Of a stretch of DNA of 64,000 bases, positions 55,908 to 64,000 are shown in pieces. Origin of the DNA: Alphaproteobacteria bacterium. GTDB lineage: Bacteria; Pseudomonadota; Alphaproteobacteria; RF32; CAG-239. Location: positions 7,440 through 71,439 of the forward strand of contig JAFUTN010000008.1 in assembly GCA_017484225.1 (NCBI GenBank). The letters are read 5' to 3'. The notes beneath the pieces are model-generated. The model was given only the letters and a program-made list of their open reading frames with translations. It did no database searches and had not been told where the DNA came from. A program made the translations under genes and the position numbers. Within the stretch, counting starts at the first letter, position 1. Every line of letters starts with the position of its first letter.

Positions 55908-57020
55908 ATGAAAACAGTTTCTTTTTTTACAGCTTTATTGATTTGTTTCGGTCTTAATGCGGCAAATGCCCAAACATCAGCGTATATTGACGGGTATGCC
56001 TACTCACAACCGCAACAGGCGCAATATTATACTCAGCAGGCAGTCGCATACGCTGCGCCGGCGCAAACTGCGGCAGTGCCGACAACCAAAATATCGGATA
56101 TTGTGTCGCGAGGTGTTTTGCGTTGCGGCAGCGATATGTCGGTTAATACATACGCTCGTTTTGTTGACGGCAAGTGGGAAGGGTTTGATGCTGATTTTTG
56201 CCGCGTGTTGGCGCAAGCTTTGCTCGGAGATTCCGAGAAAATAGAAATGGTTAATGTCGGCACAAATGACGTTGCCGAGGCATTGAACGGAGCTAAAATT
56301 GATATTATGCTCAGTGGTTCTCCGTCTTCTGCCGCGTTGGAGACATCAGGTGAGGCATTGAATGCCGGTGCGCTTTATTATGACTATCAAATGCTGCTGG
56401 CGCGCACGGAAGATCCGAATGATTTGGAAAGTTATCACGGCAAAAAGGTTTGTATGGCCGCCGATTCCGAATATTCTAAAAATTTTGAGGAATATAACAG
56501 CAAATACAATATGGGAATAACGTATTTGACCTTTGCTGATTTTAATGAAGCTAAACGTGCGTTTTTGTTGAAGCGTTGTCAGTTGCTTACGGCCGGAAGC
56601 CTGCTTTTGAAGGGAATTTCCAATTCCGGTGTGAAAAATACTAAAATTTTACCGAATAAAATAGCCATTCATCCGGCGTATGCCTATGTGCAGAAAAATA
56701 ATAATGAACTCCGTCTTGCCGTTAAATGGATTTTGAATGCTCTGTATTTGACGGAAGAATACGACATTAATGCCAAAAACATTAAATTTTATTCCTTTAA
56801 CGACAATATGGAACTCAAAAATCTGATGGGCGAAGATGCAAAACTCTGGAGCAGTTTGAAAGTCCGCCCGCGTTGGTTGGTAGATGCCGTTGCCGCTTTC
56901 GGTAATTATGCCGATATTTATGAACGCAATCTGGGCAAAGATTCGGAATATCAGCTGGAACGTGTTGAAGGAAACTTACTCAAAAACGGCGGCACCATAT
57001 ATCCGATACCGTTTATGTAG
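55908..57020 (+). CDS. Amino-acid ABC transporter substrate-binding protein (AapJ-like)
   Basis: Signal peptide. VSRGVLRCGS...GFDADFCRVLA is typical of family-3 SBPs. Trimmed to the ATG at 55908. Confidence 0.7.
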   Translation: MKTVSFFTALLICFGLNAANAQTSAYIDGYAYSQPQQAQYYTQQAVAYAAPAQTAAVPTTKISDIVSRGVLRCGSDMSVNTYARFVDGKWEGFDADFCRVLAQALLGDSEKIEMVNVGTNDVAEALNGAKIDIMLSGSPSSAALETSGEALNAGALYYDYQMLLARTEDPNDLESYHGKKVCMAADSEYSKNFEEYNSKYNMGITYLTFADFNEAKRAFLLKRCQLLTAGSLLLKGISNSGVKNTKILPNKIAIHPAYAYVQKNNNELRLAVKWILNALYLTEEYDINAKNIKFYSFNDNMELKNLMGEDAKLWSSLKVRPRWLVDAVAAFGNYADIYERNLGKDSEYQLERVEGNLLKNGGTIYPIPFM

Positions 57021-57176
57021 GTATTCAAAAATTTTCGGCCTGTTTGTCGCCGGTTGCCTGCAAATATTTTTCGGTATATAAGTCAGTAAAGATTCCTTTT
57101 AATCCTACGGGATTTACCGAAATGATTTCCGTGTTGGGATAATATTGTTTGGCAAAATATCGGGAGTGTTTTATGA

Positions 57177-57362
57177 TATTGTAATAATAGCGTGTTTGCA
57201 CAGGCCTTAGGTGTTTCGTTGGGAGAATTGACCGGTGAAAAGTGTGAAGAAAAAGAAAAGTTGTCCGAACAGTTACAGAAGATTGTTTCGTTGCTTAAAG
57301 ATGCCGATATGCAAACGTTGAAAATTGTTGAAAAGCTAATACGAGCACTTGTGGAAAAATAG
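57177..57362 (+). pseudogene. Remnant of an XRE-family HTH regulator (only the last HTH helix and C-terminal tail)
   Basis: The frame after the TGA at 57174 reads ...FAQALGVSLGELTGEKCEEKEKLSEQLQKIVSLLKDADMQTLKIVEKLIRALVEK-stop. There is no start codon and no helices 1-4. Confidence 0.4.
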
Positions 57363-57423
57363 ATTGAGTAAAAAAAGTTCTTGATTTAGCGTTTGAAATG
57401 GTTTATATGTTCATCTGGTTGAT

Positions 57424-57499
57424 AGGGGTATAGCTCAGTTGGTAGAGCATCGGTCTCCAAAACCGAGTGTCGAGAGTTCGAATCTTTCTGCCCCTGCCA
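57424..57499 (+). tRNA. tRNA-Trp (anticodon CCA)
   Basis: AGGGGTA TA GCTC-AGTTGGTA-GAGC; anticodon loop CTCCAAA; T arm GAGAG-TTCGAAT-CTTTC; TGCCCCT GCCA. Confidence 0.9.
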
Positions 57500-57511
57500 T
57501 ATTTTACAGAG

Positions 57512-57533
57512 CCTCCTTTTATGGAGGTTTTTT
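57512..57533 (+). terminator. Intrinsic terminator after tRNA-Trp
   Basis: CCTCC-TTTTAT-GGAGG followed by TTTTTT. Confidence 0.65.
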
Positions 57534-57791
57534 GTTTTTGAATGATGCGAAGATTTGAACTTGGTTAGAAAATTTAATGCCAAACGGGAGGTAAAAGGTC
57601 ACGTTCTGCCATGTGTCGGCTAATGAACGCGAAGGAAAAACGGAGCTTCGGCCGCGAAGATAAATCCTTAAAAAGGTTGCCGGTAAAATTTTTTTCACTG
57701 TTGAATAATAACTAAGTCTGTCTGTGTTTTTTTGCTTGACAAAAAAGTGAAAAATTTGCTATTTTAATTTCGTTTTTTTAAGCATTAAGAT

Positions 57792-58622
57792 ATGAAAAAT
57801 TTGCTATTTTTATTCGTCAGCCTGATGCTGATTTGTTGCGGTGCGAACAATAGTAACTCCGCAAGTGAGGACTTCCCGAAATTGGAACCTGATTCAATGC
57901 CTGCCAAAGCAAAGCCTGATACCCCGTTGCAAATAGTGCCGGTCATGACACTTGATGCAGACACGGTGTCTGCCGAAGAAAATGCGGTGGCGACTAAAGT
58001 TGGTGCGATTAAGGCATTTAAGATGGCTCCGGATACGTTCAAAATCTTTAAAAAGGTTGCTTCTAAAGATGTGGTCTTTGACGATTATTCTGTAGAGACA
58101 GATTCGGTTGTAATGTGTGGTGTCGTGTCTCCTTCCGGAAAATATTATGTGCCGGTTAGGTATAATGATGTGCGGCAGATCGGACGCAATCTTTTTGTTG
58201 GTGAGATTAATGTTTGTATAGATGATCCCAAACTTGACATACCAAATTCCGCATCTTTATACCAAGTTGTGTATAACGGAAAGGCTGTCGGCGGGATGTC
58301 TGCCCTTAGCGATATTAAGCCGGTGTATTATCGGGGAAAAGTCGCCGGTTTTTTGAAAACCCTGCATATTGAGGAAGCAGATGAACACTATTTGTTTTTT
58401 ATTGATGTGCGTGGCAAAGGATGGGATATTACCAAAGATATCCGCGGGACGTCTTATCCGAAGTTTGAATATTTCAAGCAGACCGGAAGTGTGTTAACGC
58501 TGTGGGGAGGTGCCAAAAGAGCGGAAGATTTGAAAGCATTTTTTCCGGAAGATCGCTCATTGTATAAGGTTGATTTGAGCAACGGACGCGTATTGGAAAA
58601 TCCGTTTGTTCCTTCAGATTGA
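57792..58622 (+). CDS. Lipoprotein, unknown function
   Basis: Lipobox LICCGA. Promoter TTGACA-N18-TATTTT upstream. Confidence 0.6.
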   Translation: MKNLLFLFVSLMLICCGANNSNSASEDFPKLEPDSMPAKAKPDTPLQIVPVMTLDADTVSAEENAVATKVGAIKAFKMAPDTFKIFKKVASKDVVFDDYSVETDSVVMCGVVSPSGKYYVPVRYNDVRQIGRNLFVGEINVCIDDPKLDIPNSASLYQVVYNGKAVGGMSALSDIKPVYYRGKVAGFLKTLHIEEADEHYLFFIDVRGKGWDITKDIRGTSYPKFEYFKQTGSVLTLWGGAKRAEDLKAFFPEDRSLYKVDLSNGRVLENPFVPSD

Positions 58623-58623
58623 G

Positions 58624-58660
58624 AAAAAGCACTCGGGAGTAATATCCCCGGTGCTTTTTT
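58624..58660. terminator. Bidirectional intrinsic terminator
   Basis: A-run, GCACTCGGG-loop-CCCCGGTGC (one mismatch), T-run, between convergent genes. Confidence 0.7.
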
Positions 58661-58669
58661 AGTTCAAAA

Positions 58670-59674
58670 TTAAGCTTCTTTGCCGTTTTCTTTTATTAAG
58701 AACCATAGAGGTGCATTTTTCACCGGAACAAGAGTTTCGTCTTTTGGCGAAGAACCGCTAATCGGTTCACTGCGGCTTGCGTTGTTTACGGATGGCAGCG
58801 GTAAATCAGGATGTCTGCGTTTTGTTGTCGGGTCATCAATTTCATCATCTTCTTTACGACGGTTGCGCAAATCTCCCATACCGGTAATACCTGCGTGCAG
58901 TTGGTTAACATAAGCCTTAATCGGAGCAGAGAATCCGTTGTCATAACCGGTGATTTTTTCGTTGCTGTTTGTTTCCAGAGTGCGCAAACTTTCTATCACG
59001 TCTGATGACAAGTGTTTGAGAGATTTTGGATTTTCTCCTAAAATATAAGCAAGCGTGTGCATGGTATCTTTGAACAATCCGGCTTGCATTTCGGCTTTTA
59101 TTCCTTCTTTTTCGGCATCAATATCATTCAGCAAATCTTTGTAACAATCGTTCACAATAAAAGCCACCTTGTTATGAATATATTCCGGAACGGTATTACA
59201 TTTTTCTTTTTCCATCTGTTTTTGCAAATTTTCCGAATCCAAAAGAGAGAACATCAAATCCGTGCTTTTGTTATAAATATCAACAACTTCTTTTACTACA
59301 CCGGAAACCGCTCCGATGGCTGCGGCATACAGACCGAGACGCGAAACAATACGTAAGGCATATTCGTGAGCATAGTTGTCGGCATGCGGTTGTTTTTCTA
59401 AGTTTTTGATTTCGCCGCGTTCCATAGCCTTTTTCATTTCGTTGCCTTCGTATAAGATTCTTCCGACTTTGGCGGTTGTGCCGATAATAGGAATTCTTTC
59501 AAAATCTTCATACGAAAATTTTCCGTCGGTGGTGGCAACCATACTGTTCAGGCTGACAAATAAAGTCATTAATTTAACACGGCGGTCAAGGGACAAAACC
59601 GAAGACATTGCTTTTTGAGAATCTAAAGCAAGCTGCTTAACGGTATTTAGGGTTTTATCGGTTTTTTTTCCCAT
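58670..59674 (-). CDS. Hypothetical cytoplasmic or secreted protein, no recognisable domain, with a charged probably disordered C-terminal third
   Basis: Trimmed to the ATG at 59674 (MGKKTDKT, SD GGAG). No signal peptide or TM helix. Confidence 0.5.
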   Translation of the reverse strand: MGKKTDKTLNTVKQLALDSQKAMSSVLSLDRRVKLMTLFVSLNSMVATTDGKFSYEDFERIPIIGTTAKVGRILYEGNEMKKAMERGEIKNLEKQPHADNYAHEYALRIVSRLGLYAAAIGAVSGVVKEVVDIYNKSTDLMFSLLDSENLQKQMEKEKCNTVPEYIHNKVAFIVNDCYKDLLNDIDAEKEGIKAEMQAGLFKDTMHTLAYILGENPKSLKHLSSDVIESLRTLETNSNEKITGYDNGFSAPIKAYVNQLHAGITGMGDLRNRRKEDDEIDDPTTKRRHPDLPLPSVNNASRSEPISGSSPKDETLVPVKNAPLWFLIKENGKEA

Positions 59675-59806
59675 GGTAATCTCCTTTGACTTACTGCCTT
59701 TATTTTGCCATATTTTCGTGACAAAAACAATAAAAAACGGCAAAAAACATTGACATAAGAGGCAACATTTCGGATAATCTGTCGCGAATATCAGAAAGGA
59801 GCTGAA

Positions 59807-60073
59807 ATGAATATAATAGGAGAACTTTTGGGATATGTTGCGGGAATATGCACTGCCGTTGTTTTTTTGCCGCAGACCATTCAGACCATTAAAGAAAAAA
59901 ATGTTGACGGATTGTCGCTTTTGAGCTACGTGATTTATTGCATCGGTATGATTTCTTGGATTTTATACGGGATTTATTTGCATTCGGTGCAGATGATTGT
60001 GTTTAATGCAATTTCCCTGTTTTTTGCCGTAATTGTTTTATATATGATAATTGCGCACAAAAGAAGCAAATAA
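59807..60073 (+). CDS. SemiSWEET (PQ-loop / MtN3) sugar transporter
   Basis: 88 aa, three TM helices, PQ motif (VFLPQTIQ). Promoter TTGACA-N17-GATAAT upstream. Confidence 0.8.
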   Translation: MNIIGELLGYVAGICTAVVFLPQTIQTIKEKNVDGLSLLSYVIYCIGMISWILYGIYLHSVQMIVFNAISLFFAVIVLYMIIAHKRSK

Positions 60074-60162
60074 ATCAAAAGTAATGCTTGACATTTTGCC
60101 GTAAAGTCATTTATATACATCATCATGAAATGTTGCGTAAATTGAATTTATAAGGATTTTAA

Positions 60163-60354
60163 ATGAGTACGAATCCAATACAGTTTTTGAGACAGGTTAA
60201 ACAAGAAGTTAAAAAAGTTACCTGGCCGACAAGAAAGGAAGTTATCCCTACTTGCACAATGGTTATTGCTTTGGTTGCAATCGCTACCGTATTCTTTTTT
60301 GTGGTTGATATGGTGCTCGGTTGGGGTGTAGATAAAATTTTGCAATTAGGTTAG
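60163..60354 (+). CDS. secE: Preprotein translocase subunit SecE
   Basis: FLRQVKQEVKKVTWPTRKEV plus a single TM helix, upstream of nusG. Confidence 0.9.
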   Translation: MSTNPIQFLRQVKQEVKKVTWPTRKEVIPTCTMVIALVAIATVFFFVVDMVLGWGVDKILQLG

Positions 60355-60365
60355 GAGTTTTGGTT

Positions 60366-60896
60366 ATGGCTGCTCGTTGGTATGTTGTTAATGTTTATTC
60401 CGGTTCGGAGAAAAAAGTTGCCGAGTCTATTCGTGAACAGGCAATGCTCAAAAAAATGGATGACAGAATTTTAGAGGTTTTGGTTCCGACCGAAAATGTT
60501 GTTGAAATCCGTAAGGGTGCAAAGGTTAATGCCGAGCGCAAGTTCTTTCCGGGATATATTTTGGTTAAGATGGAAATGTCTGACGAATGTTGGTTGGTTA
60601 TCAAAAACACTCCGCGTGTAAGCGGTTTTTTGGGTAGCCGCAATAAGCCGCAACCGATTAGTGAGGCAGAAGTTCAAAAAATTATGGCTCAAATTACCGA
60701 AGGTATTGAACGTCCGCAAGTTGAAGTCAGCTTTGAAACAGGTGAACAAATTCGTGTTACGGATGGTCCGTTTGCCAGCTTTGTCGGAATTGTTGAAGAT
60801 ATTGATACCGAAAAATCTCGTCTTAAAGTGTCGGTTTCTATTTTCGGCCGCTATACTCCGGTTGAGTTGGAATTTTCGCAAGTAGAAAAGATTTAA
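60366..60896 (+). CDS. nusG: Transcription termination/antitermination protein NusG
   Basis: WYVVNVYSGSEKKV N-terminus and a KOW domain (GEQIRVTDGPFASFVGIVEDID). Trimmed to the ATG at 60366. Confidence 0.95.
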   Translation: MAARWYVVNVYSGSEKKVAESIREQAMLKKMDDRILEVLVPTENVVEIRKGAKVNAERKFFPGYILVKMEMSDECWLVIKNTPRVSGFLGSRNKPQPISEAEVQKIMAQITEGIERPQVEVSFETGEQIRVTDGPFASFVGIVEDIDTEKSRLKVSVSIFGRYTPVELEFSQVEKI

Positions 60897-60922
60897 AAAA
60901 AGTTTTTATCAAACATCCTTGA

Positions 60923-60953
60923 AGAGAACATCATTAAGATGTTCTCTTTTTTT
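60923..60953 (+). terminator. Intrinsic terminator after nusG
   Basis: AGAGAACAT-CATTAAG-ATGTTCTCT followed by TTTTTTT. Confidence 0.8.
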
Positions 60954-60964
60954 GCAATATTTAA

Positions 60965-60992
60965 TTGCAAAACGGATTAAATCTGTTATGAT
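60965..60992 (+). promoter_or_regulatory. Sigma70-like promoter of leader L4
   Basis: TTGCAA (60965..60970), N16, TATGAT (60987..60992). Confidence 0.45.
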
Positions 60993-60999
60993 TGATTCA

Positions 61000-61280
61000 T
61001 GGTGAAAGAAATTTTTACCAAGAACCCGAAAAAGGGGTTCGGAGCTTTGAACGGCTTTTATAGTGAGCTGTATCGTTAATGATACTGTTAAGTCAGTAAG
61101 ATTTGCTGGCATATTCCCTGATTATAGGAAAATCTATGGTCGGGGTGCTTGTGGTGTATGTCTAGGCATAGTAGCTAAAGACCACAGGAGTCATTTCTCA
61201 CTATATGATTGTTCAACTCTCCGACCGTCCTTTTGAGGCGGATTTTTTATTTTTAAAATTTTGCTTTATTGGAGAAAAAG
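61000..61280 (+). promoter_or_regulatory. Structured 5' leader RNA L4 of LRR paralog 4
   Basis: Hairpin GAACCC-GAAAAA-GGGGTTC running into TTCGGAGCTTTGAACGGC (the same 5' module as L3 and L1). C-box CTCCGACC plus terminator at the 3' end. Confidence 0.5.
61225..61248 (+). terminator. Short intrinsic terminator inside leader L4
   Basis: CCGTCC-TTTTGA-GGCGG (one bulge), then A and TTTTTT. Confidence 0.45.
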
Positions 61281-62150
61281 ATGAAAAAAATTGTGCTGAT
61301 GTTGGGGATAGTGTTGTGCTGCAGGGTTGAGTATGTAAAAGCCGCATGTACTGCAAATTCTGATGAATTTGGAAACAAAAAGTGTCTCACATGGAATCCG
61401 GGGGTGGAAAATAATTGCGGCAGAGGTTGCACATATACTTATGAAAACGGAACGGTAAATGTTGTTGCCTCCGGAAGTTCTCCGAAAATTTCCGAAGGAA
61501 TGTTTTCTCCCCTGTATTATGATGGCGGAATGCCGGTAGAAATTGAACATATTGTTGTTGATGGTAATTTTGAAACAATAGGAAAACATGCTTTTGCCGT
61601 GGCTGGGGCAACAATTTCGGGGAAAAACGGCGAGTTGGTGCTGAATAAATCAGGCTGGAATGCATTTGGAAATGAAACAAACGTTTTGCAAGGAGATATT
61701 GTCATATCAGATTCTGCCGGAACTATGGGACATGGTTATTTGGTTAATACGGTTTTGGACGGCACACTCATAATTCCGGAAAATATAACTTTTTCTTCCG
61801 GACCGTTAAGAGATTTGACTGTAACGAAAAACGGAAAAATATATTGTGCCGTAAAAAATTGTGAGGAGAGATTGCTGGAATCTTGTAATTCTCTGCCACA
61901 GGAAAATGCTAATGGTTATGATTTACGTTCCAGATGTAATAATTCAGTTCAAAAAATCATTGATGCCGGAAAGATAGAAGCATTTCCGGATGGATGTATA
62001 CGAATGTCCGGTGTCGGTTGTCAACAATGTGCCAACAAAAATTATGCATTGGAATACGGCACTTGTTACCGCAAACGCTACACTTTACCGGAAGCGGATG
62101 CGGCAACCAGCAACGATAATGAAAACATGATTGAATGGATTTTTGAGTAA
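61281..62150 (+). CDS. Secreted LRR-like / Cys-rich protein, IEWIFE-tail family, paralog 4
   Basis: Trimmed to the ATG at 61281 (MKKIVLMLGIVL, SD GGAGAAAAAG). CTYTYENGTVNVVASGS, Cys-rich spacer, tail RYTLPEADAATSNDNENMIEWIFE. Confidence 0.8.
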   Translation: MKKIVLMLGIVLCCRVEYVKAACTANSDEFGNKKCLTWNPGVENNCGRGCTYTYENGTVNVVASGSSPKISEGMFSPLYYDGGMPVEIEHIVVDGNFETIGKHAFAVAGATISGKNGELVLNKSGWNAFGNETNVLQGDIVISDSAGTMGHGYLVNTVLDGTLIIPENITFSSGPLRDLTVTKNGKIYCAVKNCEERLLESCNSLPQENANGYDLRSRCNNSVQKIIDAGKIEAFPDGCIRMSGVGCQQCANKNYALEYGTCYRKRYTLPEADAATSNDNENMIEWIFE

Positions 62151-62183
62151 TATTGCTTGCTTGGTTTTCGGGTTGATAATGTG

Positions 62184-63116
62184 TTATTTTTCCAACGGAT
62201 GAGCCTTATGGTATTCTTTTTGCATGGTTTGTGTCTGCACGTCGGTATATCTTTGTGTTGTCATTAAAGATGCGTGTCCGAGCAGTTCCTGAATAGAGCG
62301 TAAGTCGGCACCATCGGCCAAAAGCTGAGTGGCAAAAGAATGGCGCAAAGCATGCGGAGTGAAGGTATCCGGCAAACCTAAATACAGGCGGATTTTTTCC
62401 ACCTGCCTTTGCACAACACGTGCGGTTATGCGCTCGCCTCGTGAGCCTAAAAACAGCGGTTCACCGATATTTTGTTTATAAGGGCATTTTTGCAAATATT
62501 CCGCTATGTTTTGCCAGATAATCGGTAACAACGGAACAATTCGCTCTTTATTGCCTTTACCTTTTACGCGCAAAGTTTCACTTTTTTCGTTGATATCGCC
62601 GATATTTAGGGATATTGCCTCGGAAATTCGCAGTCCGCATCCGTATAAAACGGTCAGAATTGCACGGTCACGTAATCCCTGCCATTCGTTTTTTGCCAAA
62701 TTCGGTGCTTCGTCCAAAACACTGAATGAATCGTCAACGTCTAAGGCTTTAGGTAAAACCTTCGGACGCCGCGGAGAAGTTATAACGGTTATGGCCTGAT
62801 TTTTTATGATATTGCTTCTGCTCAACCATTTGAAAAAATTTTTAACGGCGGAGATTTCTCGTCCCAATGATGATTTTTCTACATATTTTGCGGCACGGCG
62901 CGAAGTAAAACGGCGAAAATCGTAGACTTCCAAATTTTGTAAATCGTTCAGGCTTAAAGGTTTTTCGGAAATGGTTTGTAAAAATATGGCCAAATCACGG
63001 GAATAAGCATCTAAAGTATGTTCGGAATACAGCCGCTCTTTTGCAAGCCAATTCTGCCATTGTTTAATGGTTTGTTTGAGTTTTTCATCCGCGTTGAATA
63101 TTATTTCCGACTTCAA
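62184..63116 (-). CDS. Tyrosine recombinase, XerC/XerD family
   Basis: SAM-like N-terminal domain and catalytic residues in the C-terminal blocks (ILTVLYGCGLRISE, HALRHSFATQLL, LGHASLMTTQRYT). Confidence 0.85.
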   Translation of the reverse strand: MKSEIIFNADEKLKQTIKQWQNWLAKERLYSEHTLDAYSRDLAIFLQTISEKPLSLNDLQNLEVYDFRRFTSRRAAKYVEKSSLGREISAVKNFFKWLSRSNIIKNQAITVITSPRRPKVLPKALDVDDSFSVLDEAPNLAKNEWQGLRDRAILTVLYGCGLRISEAISLNIGDINEKSETLRVKGKGNKERIVPLLPIIWQNIAEYLQKCPYKQNIGEPLFLGSRGERITARVVQRQVEKIRLYLGLPDTFTPHALRHSFATQLLADGADLRSIQELLGHASLMTTQRYTDVQTQTMQKEYHKAHPLEK

Positions 63117-63119
63117 CTT

Positions 63120-63644
63120 TTATTTTACAACCTCATTATCATAAATGCCAAATAAAGCACTGCGCGGCATCCAACCTTTTACGGAATCAAATTTAATCAG
63201 GCACATACCGTCTTTGTTCGGACATTTTTCAATTTCGCCAACGGCACCGTCTTCGGCTTTGGCAATGATTTTAGCTCCGTTTTCCGGTTTAGCGTAGATG
63301 TTATTTTCTCCCGGTGTTGTTACTTTTACGAATCGGCGACCGGAAAGCATAGCTTTATGCACCCATGTTTCCGAACCTTCCCAATCACGTATTTTGCGCC
63401 ACAACTCAAATTCGGCAATAATTTCTACCGGCGCACCCTTTTGTTTATATACCCATTCTATCGGATAACGAACACCCGGACCGGAACGCGCATTAATCAG
63501 GCTGGAACGCAAGGACACCATGCGAGGAAGTGCCAAACCTGTTTCGCTTTCGCCGTCATCTGTTTGCGGTTCGGCGGAACACACCGGATTGACACCGCCA
63601 AACATCAGCATAATTGCCGTAAATGTTATAAACAATGCTTTCAT
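63120..63644 (-). CDS. SH3-like domain protein (DUF1058 type)
   Basis: Signal peptide, then LPRMVSLRSSLINARSGPGVRYPIEWVY...WRKIRDWEGSETWVH, typical of the alphaproteobacterial DUF1058 family. Confidence 0.7.
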   Translation of the reverse strand: MKALFITFTAIMLMFGGVNPVCSAEPQTDDGESETGLALPRMVSLRSSLINARSGPGVRYPIEWVYKQKGAPVEIIAEFELWRKIRDWEGSETWVHKAMLSGRRFVKVTTPGENNIYAKPENGAKIIAKAEDGAVGEIEKCPNKDGMCLIKFDSVKGWMPRSALFGIYDNEVVK

Positions 63645-63731
63645 TTTTACTTTCCTTTATATATATTGAGTTTATGATACCGGAGTAATGATAAAAATTT
63701 GGTAAAAATAGCGGAATAAAAGGAGATAAAA

Positions 63732-64000
63732 ATGGATTTGATTGCAACAATAGAAGACTTGATAAAGTTTAGAACTGAAACCGGAAACGAGGCAGAAATT
63801 AAAAAGGCTGCGGAATATATTAAGCAAAAATTTTCCGGAACTTCGGCCAAAGCAGAAATTTTTCAAACCACGGCTTCTCCGGTGATTTTTATCCGCAATA
63901 CCGAAAGTTTGGATTTTGATGCCGTTGTTTTGGGGCATATTGATGTAGTGCCGGCCGCAGATGAAATGTTTGTGCCGAAAACCGAAAACGGAAAAATGTT
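63732..64000 (+). CDS. M20 family metallopeptidase (ArgE/DapE/ACY1-like), N-terminal part; runs off the window end
   Basis: SD AAAGGAG before the ATG at 63732. MDLIATIEDLIKFRTETGNE ... VVLGHIDVVPA matches the M20 metal-binding start. Confidence 0.65.
   Translation, partial: MDLIATIEDLIKFRTETGNEAEIKKAAEYIKQKFSGTSAKAEIFQTTASPVIFIRNTESLDFDAVVLGHIDVVPAADEMFVPKTENGKM

Noticed and set aside
57543-57564. TGATGCGAAGATTTGAACTTGG, resembling the reverse complement of a tRNA T-arm/acceptor 3' half (possible att remnant)
   Set aside because: The T-stem has a mismatch, there is no CCA or matching 5' half, and there is no identity to the three tRNAs in the window. The match is too short to separate from chance.
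62184-63116. Tyrosine recombinase considered as a mobile-element integrase linked to paralog 4
   Set aside because: Its domain layout and motifs are those of chromosomal XerC/XerD dimer-resolution recombinases. There are no flanking repeats, att sites or other mobile-element genes.
1-64000. Scan for CRISPR arrays, IS elements or inverted-repeat-bounded elements, retron/DGR components, and classic defence genes
   Set aside because: I saw no regularly spaced repeats, transposase, reverse transcriptase, restriction/modification pairs or nuclease-NTPase modules by eye. The only N6-adenine MTase (NPPY) looks like tRNA-modifying TrmN6 and has no partner nuclease.

Overview
This is an AT-rich bacterial chromosome segment whose gene content and synteny look alphaproteobacterial. 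The evidence for that: ctpA/envC-like/gpmI; mraZ-rsmH-ftsL-ftsI; rpmH-rnpA-yidD-yidC-engB; lpxI-lpxB; tRNA-Trp...secE-nusG; a DUF1058 SH3 protein; and a DUF3035-like lipoprotein after lspA. This taxonomic placement is an inference.

I call about 60 protein genes and 3 tRNAs (Leu-GAG, Gly-CCC, Trp-CCA). Most genes are housekeeping: envelope and lipid A (kdsA, pagP, lpxI, lpxB, mlaC, pal, lspA), DNA maintenance (mutL, recO, recJ, parC, a xerC/D-type recombinase) and translation, plus one TetR-MFP-RND efflux operon. I saw no CRISPR array, IS element, transposase, phage integrase, reverse transcriptase or recognisable defence gene.

The main non-housekeeping signals are:
1. A dispersed four-copy family of Sec-exported BspA-type LRR / Cys-rich proteins. 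All end in the same acidic tail (...RYTxPEAxxATSxDxENxIEWIFE-stop).
2. A homologous 210-280 nt structured leader in front of each copy, with its own sigma70-like promoter and an intrinsic terminator. Compensatory stem changes between copies suggest a candidate new cis-regulatory RNA.
3. An in-frame TAG inside the signal peptide of one copy.
4. A 178-bp tandem unit next to tRNA-Gly that creates a 139-nt GC-rich tRNA-like element with its own terminator.
5. A low-GC Arn/Gtr-like glycan-modification island behind a promoter whose spacer contains a G8 tract, which may be phase variable.
6. Four 10-bp-phased TGG(T/G)AT boxes upstream of mraZ.
7. Two compositionally foreign (GC-rich) genes driven by host-type promoters, and insertions that break the tRNA-Trp/secE and nusG/rplK junctions.
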